This document shows positions 23,113 to 32,329 of a stretch of 32,329 nucleotides of DNA, piece after piece. The notes beneath the pieces are model-generated. The model worked only from the letters and a program-made list of their open reading frames with translations, ran no database searches and was not told the origin of the DNA. The stretch's first letter is position 1. Each line of letters opens with the position of its first letter. This stretch comes from Chiloscyllium plagiosum (lineage: Eukaryota), in assembly GCF_004010195.1 (NCBI RefSeq), contig NW_025214591.1, positions 1 through 32,329 on the forward strand, in the 5' to 3' direction. The translations under genes were made by a program, and so were the position numbers.

Positions 23113-24059
23113 GCAAAGGGGCCTTATCACTGAACCCACTGGCCCCTTTTGCAGCCTCTTGGGTGGTTTAGGTTTGACTGCACTCTCGCTGTTCAAAGTC
23201 CAAGTGCAGATCAGTACTGGCTGAGATTCCCAGCTTGCACCTTCACAGGGGGAATCAGGGTCCAAGGAGATACCAATGGAAAGGCACATGAACTGGGGTA
23301 AGCCAGACTAGGACGAGGGGGGTGTTGGGGGGGAGATCTGGAGTGTACATAACAAGCTATAAGATTATAGCTACTTCCAAGGTGGGTATCAGGACATTAA
23401 ATGTGTCTCTACAATTTGTACACAGGCTGCCAGTGAATTGTTGCTAAGTATTGGTCAGGAAAAGCATGTTCAAGGACAACAACATCAGGTCTGACACCAG
23501 AATCAGAGCTGTGGTGGTTCCTGCCCTCCTACAGGCCTCAGAGACATGGGCTGTCTCCAGCAGAAATCTCAAGGCACTGGAGCAGTGCAAAGGGGCCTTA
23601 TCACTGAACCCACTGGCCCCTTTTGCAGCCTCTTGGGTGGTTTAGGTTTGCCTGCACTCTCGCTGTTCAAAGTCCAAGTGCAGATCAGTACTGGCTGAGA
23701 TTTCCAGCTTGCACCTTCACAGGGGGAATCAGGGTCCAAGGAGATACCGATGGAAAGGCACATGAACTGGGGTAAGCCAGACTAGGACGAGGGGGGTGTT
23801 GGGGGGAGATCTGGAGTGTACATAACAAGCTATAAGATTATAGCTACTTCCAAGGTGGGTATCAGGACATTAAATGTGTCTCTACAATTTGTACACAGGC
23901 TGCCAGTGAATTGTTGCTAAGTATTGGTCAGGAAAAGCATGTTCAAGGACAACAACATCAGGTCTGACACCAGAATCAGAGCTGTGGTGGTTCCTGCCCT
24001 CCTACAGGCCTCAGAGACATGGGCTGTCTCCAGCAGAAATCTCAAGACGCTGGAGCAGT
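23113..24059 (+). repeat. Near-identical tandem duplication, units 23113-23586 and 23587-24059
   Basis: Both units begin GCAAAGGGGCCTTATCACTG and end CTGGAGCAGT, with only a handful of differences. Confidence 0.95.
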
Positions 24060-24628
24060 CCCACCAATGCTGCCTGTACAAGATCCTGCGAATCCACTGG
24101 GAAGGCAGACACACCAATACCAGCATCATCAACCAGGCCAACATCCCCAGCATCAAGGCACTGACCCCCACTGTCCCACCACCCCCCAAATCGCCCTGAT
24201 TGACTGCGACAGGCTGGGCACATGGTCCCCATGACTGACATGAGACTCCACAAACAGGGGCTCTCCTCCCAGCTCCGAAATGGCAGGCGAGCCCCAGGTG
24301 GGACAGGGGATACCCTCAAGGCCTCACTAGAAAAGTGCAGCGTTCCCACTGACACCTGGGAATCACTGGCCCCAGGCCGTCCAAACTGGAGGAGGAGCAT
24401 CTGGGAAGGTGTCAAGCACCTCGAGACTTGCCAACAGGAAAAAGCAGAAGCCAGGGGGAGAACAGGGAAAGGAGCACGCTGTTACTCCAAAGCTCTGCCC
24501 ACCCCATTCCTGTAGCCACTACCTGCTCCAAGTGTAACACAGCCCGTGGTAGCCGACGGACTCACCCTGAGAGTGGAAGAGAGTCATTCTCGTCTGTGAG
24601 GGTCTGCCAATGATGACGATAATGATTG
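23926..24628 (+). mobile_element. RTE-clade LINE 3' fragment (its 5' edge is duplicated at about 23453-23586)
   Basis: RAVVVPALLQASETW, CLYKILRIHW and DTLKASLEKC...WESLA are RTE C-terminal motifs. Tail is (TGA)n-like: ATGATGACGATAATGA. Confidence 0.8.
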
Positions 24629-24889
24629 ATCAGGAGGGGAACCTGATGGTTAACAATAAACTTTCAATTCCCGTTATTTCCAACTGCCACCGAGACATCA
24701 ACCTCCTCAACCCGTCCACCCCCCTCCCCCATTCCAACCTCTCGCCCTCACAACACGCAGCCCGCCATTCCCTCCGCTCCAACCCCAACCTCATCATCAA
24801 ACCTGCTAACAAGGGGGAGGGGGCGCAGTGGGAGTTTGGCGCATTGACCTCTACACCCCTGAAGCCAGGCACCAACTCGAAGACTAGGT

Positions 24890-25238
24890 AAAAACACCAG
24901 ATGGCCTCCTTCTTTAGAGACCGCAATTTCCCTTCCCACGTGGTTAAAGATGCCCTCCAACGCATCTCGTCCACATTCCACACCTTCGCCCTCAGACCCC
25001 ACCCCTCCAACCGTAACAAGGACAGAACGCCCCTGGTGCTCACCTTCCACCCTACCAACCTTTGCATAAATCATCCGCCGACATTTCTGCCCCCTCCAAA
25101 AAGACCCCACCACCAGGGATATATTTCCCTCCCCACCCCTTTCCGCCTTCCGCAAAGACCGTTCCCTCCGTGACTACCTGGTCAGGTCCACGCCCCCCTA
25201 CGACCCACCCTCCCATCCTGGCACCTTCCCCTGCCACC
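24890..25238 (+). mobile_element. Second 5'-truncated Neptune-type PLE copy, running into the gap
   Basis: MASFFRDRNFPSHVVKDALQRISS is a divergent paralogue of MVSFFKDHKFPSHVVDDTLQNISS at 26681. Confidence 0.85.
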
Positions 25239-25736
25239 NNNNNNNNNNNNNNNNNNNNNNNNNNNNNNNNNNNNNNNNNNNNNNNNNNNNNNNNNNNNNN
25301 NNNNNNNNNNNNNNNNNNNNNNNNNNNNNNNNNNNNNNNNNNNNNNNNNNNNNNNNNNNNNNNNNNNNNNNNNNNNNNNNNNNNNNNNNNNNNNNNNNNN
25401 NNNNNNNNNNNNNNNNNNNNNNNNNNNNNNNNNNNNNNNNNNNNNNNNNNNNNNNNNNNNNNNNNNNNNNNNNNNNNNNNNNNNNNNNNNNNNNNNNNNN
25501 NNNNNNNNNNNNNNNNNNNNNNNNNNNNNNNNNNNNNNNNNNNNNNNNNNNNNNNNNNNNNNNNNNNNNNNNNNNNNNNNNNNNNNNNNNNNNNNNNNNN
25601 NNNNNNNNNNNNNNNNNNNNNNNNNNNNNNNNNNNNNNNNNNNNNNNNNNNNNNNNNNNNNNNNNNNNNNNNNNNNNNNNNNNNNNNNNNNNNNNNNNNN
25701 NNNNNNNNNNNNNNNNNNNNNNNNNNNNNNNNNNNN
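25239..25736. other. Assembly gap
   Basis: Run of 498 N. Confidence 1.
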
Positions 25737-28224
25737 CCCCCCCATCACCAAACCATCATCTCCCAGACCACACATAACCTCATCAACTCAGGGGAACCCC
25801 CACCCACAGCCTCCACTCTCATAGTTCAGGAACCCCGCACTGCCTGATTCTACCTCCTTCCCAAGATCCACAAGCCTGACCACCCCGGCCAACACATTGT
25901 CTCAGCCTGCTCCTGCCCCATCAAATTTATCCCAACCTACCTCAACACTGTCCTATCCCCCCCGGTCCAGGAACTGCCCACATATGTTTGGGACATCACC
26001 TACATCCCCCACCTCCACCAACACTTCTGTTTCTCCGGCCCCCAACCCCTCATATTCACCATGGACATCCAGTCCCTCTAAACCTCCATCCACCATGAGC
26101 AGGGCCTCTAAGCCCTCCATTTCTTCCTCTCCCAACGTCCCCAACAGTACCCTTCCACTGACACTCTTATTCGTTTGGCCGAAGAGGTCCTCACCCTCAA
26201 CAATTTCTCCTTTGAATCCTCCCACTTCCTCCAGATGAAAGGGGGTAGCCATGGGCAGCCATATGGGCCCCAGCTATGCCTGTCTCTTTGTCAGCTACAT
26301 AGAACAGTCCATCTTCTGTAATTACACCAGCGCCAGTCCCCACCTCTTCCTCCGCTACATTGATGACTGCATCAGCGCCACCTCATGCTCCCGCGAGGAG
26401 GTTGAACAGTTCATCAACTTCACCAACACATTCCACCCTGACCTTAAATTCACCTTGACTATCTCTGACATCACTCTCCCCTACCTGGACCTCTCCATCT
26501 CCATCAACAGTAACCAACTCAATACTTGACATTTTCTACAAACCCACCGATTCCCACAGCTACCTGGATTACATCTCCTCCCACCCTACCTCCTGTAAAA
26601 ATGCCATCCCGTATTCCCAATTCCTCCACCTCTGCCGCATCTGCTCCCAGGAAGACCAGTTCTACCACAGAACACACCAGATGGTCTCCTTCTTTAAAGA
26701 CCATAAATTCCCCTCCCACGTAGTTGATGATACCCTCCAGAACATCTCATCCACATCCCACACCTCCGCCCTCGAACCTCCAACCATAACAAGGACAGAA
26801 CCTCCACCCCAGGTCCTCATCTTCCACCCGACCAACTACTGTATACATCGCATCATCCTCTGCCATTTCCGCCACCTACAAATGGACCCCAATACCAAAG
26901 ATATATTTCCCTCCCCACCCCTATCCACTTTTTGTAAAGACTGTTCCCTCTGTGACTCTCTTGTCAGGTCCATGCCCTGCTACCAACCCACCCTCATGGG
27001 GAGGGTGGGTTGCAAAACCTGCGCCCACACCTCCTCCCTCACCTCTATCCAAGGCCCTAAAGGAGCCTTCCACATCCATCAAAGTTTTACCTGCACATCC
27101 ATTAATATCATTTATTGTATCCGTTTCTCCCGATGCTGTCTCCTCTACATTGGGGAGACTGGGCGCCTCCTAGCAGAGCGCTTTAGGGAACATCTCCGGG
27201 ACACCCACACCAATCAACCAAACCGCCCCGTGGCCCAACATTTCAACTCCCCCTCCCACTCTGCCGAGGACATGCAGGGCCTATGCTTCATCCATCGCCG
27301 CTTTCTTACCACCCAACACCTGGAAGGAGAATGCCTCATCTTCTGCCTCGGGACCCTTCAACCCCAGGGCATCAATGTGGATTTCACCAGTTTTCTCATT
27401 TCCCCTCCCCCTACCTTACCCCAGTTCCAACTGTCCAGCTCAGCACCACCCTCATGACTTGTTCCATCTGTCAATCTGGAGGAGAAAGTGAGGTCTGCAG
27501 ATGCTGGAGATCAAAGTTGAAACTTTATTGCTGGAACAGCACAGCAGGTCAGCCCCCATCCCCCTCCCATTTATCTCTCCACCCCAAAACGTCGATTCTC
27601 CTGCTCCTCAGATGCTGCCTGACCTTCTGTGCTTTTCCAGCGCCACACTATCGACTCTGATCTCCAGCATCTGCAGTCCTCATTTTCGCCTAACAAAATT
27701 CAATAACTGCCAGTTACTGGTAAAATCAAAGCTAATTCCACCCCTGCTTTCTCCATCGAGAATCCTTCATCTTTGTTTTCCCCATGACCTATTCTCCCTT
27801 CTGACCCCATCCTCAGCTTTCCTGTTGTCATCGTATCTTTGAGAGCTGTGCCCTGAGTCTCAGCATGTCAGCTGTCAACATGAAACCAAGAGAGTTCAGG
27901 AGAGCTGACCTTTAAAAGGTATTTACATGAGCATTGGCAGATCGAGGTGGGCAGGCAGTGGGCATTGTGATATTCTATGATGAACCCTCCAAAAACATCT
28001 CCCCCTAGAGCCAGTGACCCTAATTGCAGCCAGGGCCTGGATCAGGAGGTAGATCAGGGCCCAATAATTGGGGCCCACGTGCACATGCACACACCACATC
28101 TAGGTGGCGATATTCCTTACATTTGCAGCCCTTGTCCTTCTGGGTTGTGGAGGTTGCAAACTTAGAAGCTGATGTTGAAGGATGTATAATGAGGCTTAGC
28201 CAAGAGCCAAGAAACATATTAAAA

Positions 28225-28315
28225 CACAAGTGGAATCAGTTCAGTGTAGGAAACCTGGTCAGCATGGACGAGTTACGCCAAAGGATCTGCATCTGTGCTG
28301 TATGACTCTATGACC
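28225..28315 (+). mobile_element. CR1 3' UTR remnant
   Basis: GGTCAGCATGGACGAGTT...GTGCTGTATGACTCTATGAC. Confidence 0.7.
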
Positions 28316-28423
28316 TGAACCCCAGGGAAAACACTACTTGATTAACAGCTCTGGCCCTCTGATGTTGGGTGTCAATTGTACAATGTTTATTGGCGAAAAA
28401 TTACAATGCTTCAATTACTTGCA

Positions 28424-28674
28424 TGCTCCTGCTCCTCGGATGCTGCCTGACCTGCAGTGCTTTTCCAGCACCACACTCTCGACTCTGATCTCCAGCATCA
28501 CTTTCTCCTAGCATCTGACGAGCAGGAGAGTCGATGTTTCGAGCATAAGCCCTTCAGTCGGAATGATGAATCTGGCTTATGCTTACTCCCGATGATGGGC
28601 TTAAGCTTGAAATATCGATTCTCCTGCTCCTCGGATGCTGCCTGACCGGCTGTGCTTTTCCAGCACCACACTCT
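28424..28674. mobile_element. Three-part (+/-/+) PLE-terminus cluster
   Basis: Forward tail 28424-28510, reverse piece about 28511-28565, forward piece with decayed HHR CCGATGATGGGCTTAAGCTTGAAATATC at about 28589-28674. Confidence 0.8.
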
Positions 28675-29016
28675 TTGGTATCTTTTCCAAGGCAGGTGTA
28701 CAAACCTAGGAATTCTCGCAACTCCTGCTGCCCAGCACAAAGATGGATAACTAAGCCATAACTAATCTCCCAGAAGTTTTAATATGTGCTAAAATAAGTT
28801 ATCATCTCAGATGGTCATAAGTCTGGATCCGTCAGACCTTCAGCAGGAATCTGTCTTGATGAATCATAACTAGAATTTTTGGAGTAATTTTCCATGGTGG
28901 CTAATCACATAAGGCTGCTGACATTCATTGATGAAATAACACAAGTTTTTACACAGAAGAACTAAATATTTGTGAGTCAATGTGAAAAACTCTTAACTAA
29001 GCAGCAAAGACATAAA

Positions 29017-29242
29017 GGAGGAGAAAGTGAGGACTGCAGATGCTGGAGATCAGAGCTGCAAATGTGTTGCTGGAAAAGCGCAGCAGGTCAGGCAGTGTCC
29101 AAGGAGCCGGAGAATCGACGTTTCGGGCATGACCCCTTCTTCAGGAATCCCCCTTCCTGAAGAAGGGCTCAAGCCCGAAACGTCGATTCTCCTGTTCCTT
29201 GGATGCTGCCTGACCTGCTGCACTTTTCCAGCAACACATTTT
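29017..29242. mobile_element. Near-perfect hairpin mini-PLE with one HHR on each strand
   Basis: Arms about 29055-29147 and 29154-29247 are reverse complements. CAGCAAA(G/A)ACATAAA occurs at 29002-29016 and 29243-29257. Confidence 0.88.
29154..29188 (+). ncRNA. Minimal hammerhead ribozyme motif with intact core (family A)
   Basis: CTGAAGA (29157-63), extra A, helix II GGGC-TCAA-GCCC, GAAA (29177-80), CG, then TC. Predicted cleavage after C29184. Confidence 0.78.
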
Positions 29243-29429
29243 CAGCAAAAACATAAATCCAGCTTTTTTTTTCTGTAATGGCTTTTTCCAATAGCCAATT
29301 CCAGAGAGAACATGCCTACCTTTACTCCTGAATTTTCTTTAATACTCTCCAGCTTTCCTTTTCAGCTTGCAAAACAGTTCGAAGGCATCTTTCAAGTTCT
29401 GAGAGCTTAGGTCTCTGATCAAAAGGCAA

Positions 29430-30523
29430 GTTCAGTATAGCCAACCTACTGGACATACAGAACAGAAAACAGGACGCTGAACCTATCAACAAAGACGGCA
29501 TACTTAAACTACTGGACTTGTGCCTCACAACACACTTCACATTCAACAACCAGATATACGAACGAATCAATGGAACACCCATGGGATCACCCATCTCTGG
29601 ACTCATAGCAGAGGCAGTTATGCAAAGGTTAGAACAAACAGTCCTACCACAAATTCAACCCAAACTCTGGGTCAGATATGTCGAAGACACATTTGTAATC
29701 ATTAAAAACACGGAAATAGAAAAACACACCGGATCATCAACGCCATACTCACAGGAATCCGATTCATGAGAGAAGAAGAAAAGGATAGCCAACTCCCATT
29801 CCTAGACGTGATGGTACAGAGAACACCGAACGGGGAATTCACTACAAGGGTATACAGGAAAGCCACACAAACAGACCAAGTCCTAAACTATGAAAGTAAC
29901 CACCCCAACACACACAAACGAAGCTGCATCAGGACACTATTCAAAAGGGCCACAACACACCGCAGTACACCAGAACTGCAAAAAGAAGAAGAGGAACACC
30001 TATACAAGGTATTCGCCAAAAACGGAGACCCGCTCAACTTCATCAACAGATGCCTAAGAGAAAGACCACGGAACAAGGACATACCACAACCAAAAGGACT
30101 AGCAACACTACCATACATCAGGAGCATCTCAGAACTGACAGCCAAACTACTGCGACCCCTAGGACTCATAACGGCACACAAACCAACAGCCACGCTCAGA
30201 CAACAACTCACCAGAACAAAGGATCCGATACCTAACATGAGCAAGACGAATGTAGTGTACAAAATACCATGCAAGGACTGCACAAAACACTATATAGGAC
30301 AAACAGGAAGACAGCTAACAACCCGCATACATGAACATCAACTAGCCACGAAAAGACACGACCAGCTATCCTTAGTAGCCACACACGCGACAGACCACTA
30401 TAAACACCGGAGGAAACATCAAAGAAGCGCTTCGCAGGAGGCTCCCAAGCACTGATGATGTCGCCTAGCCAGGGGACGAAATGTTTGCAACAAAAACTTC
30501 CAGCTCGGCGAACAGAACCACAA
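29430..30523 (+). mobile_element. Penelope/Poseidon-type PLE, 5'-truncated, frameshifted and internally deleted
   Basis: GTPMGSPISGLIAE; WVRYVEDTF; LPFLDV; VYRKAT; NVVYKIPCKDCTKHYIGQTGRQLTTRIHEH (GIY-YIG). CAAAAGGCAA is repeated at 29420-29429 and 30524-30533. Confidence 0.92.
30449..30488 (+). ncRNA. Minimal hammerhead ribozyme motif (family C) in the PLE tail
   Basis: GCA-CTGATGA-T-GTCGCCT-AGCC-AGGGGAC-GAAA-TG-TT-TGC. Helix I is GCA/TGC and helix II pairs at 6 of 7 positions. Confidence 0.75.
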
Positions 30524-30679
30524 CAAAAGGCAAATCTTTGTTTGTTAGGATGGCCCATAAGTCAGTATAGATGCTCTATGTTTAAGCATATTTCCCATTG
30601 TTGAGCGATGCTGCAGTGATGCAGCATTACAATGAGCCTGCAAGTGAGGAAGACTGAAAGAAAAATTCAGAATGAGAGA

Positions 30680-31205
30680 ATGACTATAGTGCAGAAGAAA
30701 ACCATTTGGCCCACTGTGCTGCACCCGTTCTATTATCGAATATTAATCCCCTGCCTTTTCCCCTTGTCCTTGCTTATCATTTCAATCCACATAACCATCC
30801 AGAGCCCTTTTGAATGCTTCAAATGAACCTGCCTTCTCCACGTTTCCAGGCAATGCATTCCCGATCCGAACGACTCACTCTCTCACATCCCCCAAACTTT
30901 GTTTGCACATCATTTTGTACCAAAGTGCTCTCATTCTTGTTTTCTTTTACAGGTTCTCCCTATTTACTCTGTACAGCCCCTTTAGGATCTTGAAAACCTC
31001 ACCCAGATCTCCTCTTCGTCTGTCCAAAGAGAACAGTCCCAAAATCTCCAATCCTCAGAGCTGAAGTCACCCACCCCAGAACTGTTCTAGTGGTCCGCTT
31101 CTGCACTCTCTGCCACCAATGCATTCACATTTTTGGGGTAATGTAATGCCCCACAACTGTACACAGTACTCCAGCTGAGATAACAACTGTCTTGTGCAGG
31201 TTCAA
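30680..31205 (-). mobile_element. Old CR1-clade LINE 3' fragment
   Basis: Minus strand CAGCTGGAGTACTGTGTACAGTTGTGGG (QLEYCVQLW) and GGAGATCTGGGTGAGGTTTTCAAGATC. Confidence 0.75.
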
Positions 31206-31333
31206 GTCAAGTTCATTGTCCAGGACTTGTGCCGAAGTGCACTTCATCGCAACACTGCTACCCAAACCATGGATACCAAGTGCCCACAAAGAGATGACTT
31301 CCATTGCCGTGGGATGGGTGCAGGCTTTGATTG

Positions 31334-31498
31334 AGAGAAATTGAGGACTGCAGATGCTGGAGATCAGAGTCGAAAAGTGTGACGCTGGGAAAGCACAACT
31401 GGTCAGGCAGCATCCAAGGAACAGGAGCGACCTTATGCCCGGAATGTCGACTCTCCTGCTCCTGACCTGCTGTGCTTTTCCAGCGCCACACTTTTCAA
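31334..31498. mobile_element. Fold-back mini PLE-terminus element
   Basis: Reverse tail then forward tail. Degenerate flanking repeat TGCAGGCTTTGATTG / TGCAGACTTTAGTTG. Confidence 0.8.
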
Positions 31499-31600
31499 TG
31501 CAGACTTTAGTTGGGCAAGTGGCCCTGGGGAAGAGGTCGTAGGGTGCGCCAGGTGCTGTGATGGTGATATAAAAGGCACTGTTCAGTGCTGTGGGATTTA

Positions 31601-31669
31601 GGATGGCACGGTGGCTCAGTGGTTAGCACTGCTGCCCAACAGTGCCAGGGATGTGGGTTTGATTCCAGG
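31601..31669 (+). mobile_element. HE1 tRNA-like head only
   Basis: GGCACGGTGGCTCAGTGGTTAGCACTGCTGCC...GGGTTTGATTCC. Confidence 0.85.
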
Positions 31670-31673
31670 CTCA

Positions 31674-31927
31674 CTGTTTTCCTTGGACCATCGGAGGCTG
31701 AGGGGTGACCTTATAGAGGTTTACAAAATTATGAGGGGCATGGATAGGATAAATAGAAAAAGTCTTTTCCTTGGGATAGGGGAGTCCCGAACTAGAGGGC
31801 ATAGGTTTAGGGTGAGAGGAGAGAGATATAAAAGAGATCTAAGGGCAACTTTTTCACGCAGAGGGCGGTATGTGTATTGAACAAGTTGCCAGAGGAAGTG
31901 GTAGAGGCTGGTACAATTGCAAGATTT
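31674..31927 (+). mobile_element. CR1/HER1 fragment
   Basis: LFSLDHRRLRGDLIEVYKIMRGMDRIN. Confidence 0.9.
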
Positions 31928-32329
31928 AGAGTCATAGAGTCAAAGAGATGTACAGCATAGAAACAGATCCTTCGGTCCAACCCGTCCATGCCGACCAGAT
32001 ATCTCAACCCAATCTAGTCCCACCTGCCAGCACCCGGCCTATATCCCTCCAAATCCTTCCAATTCATGTATCCATCCAAATGCCTCTTAAATGTTGCAAT
32101 TGTACCAGCCTCCACCACTTTCTCTGGCAGCTCAAATCATACATGTATCACCCTCAGCATGAAAAGGTTCCGCTCTCACCTTAAACCTATACCCTCTAGT
32201 TCTGGACTCCCCGATCCCAGGGAAAAGACTTTGCCTATTTACCCTATCCATGCCCCTCATAATTTTGTAAACCTCTATAAGGTCACCCTTCAGCCTCCGA
32301 CGCCCCAGGGAAAACAGCCCCAGCCTGTT
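31928..32329 (-). mobile_element. CR1/HER1 3' end, continues beyond the window
   Basis: Starts with the reversed tail AGAGTCATAGAGTC and is near-identical to 18370-18797. Confidence 0.92.

Larger units (their letters stand above)
24660..27690 (+). mobile_element. Neptune-type Penelope-like retroelement, disrupted RT + GIY-YIG ORF
   Basis: IIKPANKG; FYLLPKIHKP; FTMDIQSL; MGSHMGPSYACLF; FLRYIDD (YIDD 26356-26367); Cys linker CKTC; IIYCIRFSRCCLLYIGETGRLLAERFREH; stop at 27457; then the tail. Confidence 0.92.

Noticed and set aside
23109..23413. Solo LTR (TG...CA with a TATA-like motif and ATTAAA)
   Set aside because: No flanking 4-6 bp TSD and no PBS/PPT, so the terminal dinucleotides may be chance.
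25062..25847. 261-aa and 197-aa ORFs in the track
   Set aside because: Artefacts of translating through the N gap.
25845..26530. In-frame TGA codons in the PLE as selenocysteine recoding
   Set aside because: They co-occur with a TAA stop and frameshifts, and the TGA at 25845 fits CGA decay. No SECIS was recognised.
26681..27457. 258-aa GIY-YIG ORF as a domesticated nuclease gene
   Set aside because: It is the 3' remnant of a PLE whose upstream RT has stops and frameshifts, with no sign of independent expression.
29518..30455. Active Poseidon-type RT/endonuclease
   Set aside because: 5'-truncated, YVED instead of YVDD, a frameshift near 29725, and a deletion near 30388 removing the nuclease C-terminus.

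Overview
Repeat-dense vertebrate non-coding DNA, almost certainly from a cartilaginous fish (shark), judged by HE1-type V-SINEs, their partner HER1/CR1 LINEs and Deu-domain SINEs. No host protein-coding gene is supportable. The ORF track is mostly decayed retroelement fragments: CR1 RT, RTE, and two Penelope-like elements (PLEs) with RT + GIY-YIG domains. There is a 498-N assembly gap at 25239-25736. The most striking feature is about a dozen tiny PLE-terminus insertions (about 80-350 bp). They carry minimal hammerhead-ribozyme (HHR) motifs of three sequence families, are often folded back as inverted repeats, and several are flanked by 9-15 bp direct repeats resembling target-site duplications (TSDs). 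Other points: a PLE apparently nested inside a related PLE, several nested TE stacks, three tandem duplications (44, 122 and about 474 bp), and a TE-free stretch with PBX/MEIS/HOX-type motifs that is a candidate enhancer. Family names come from recalled consensus motifs, not database searches, and many boundaries are approximate.
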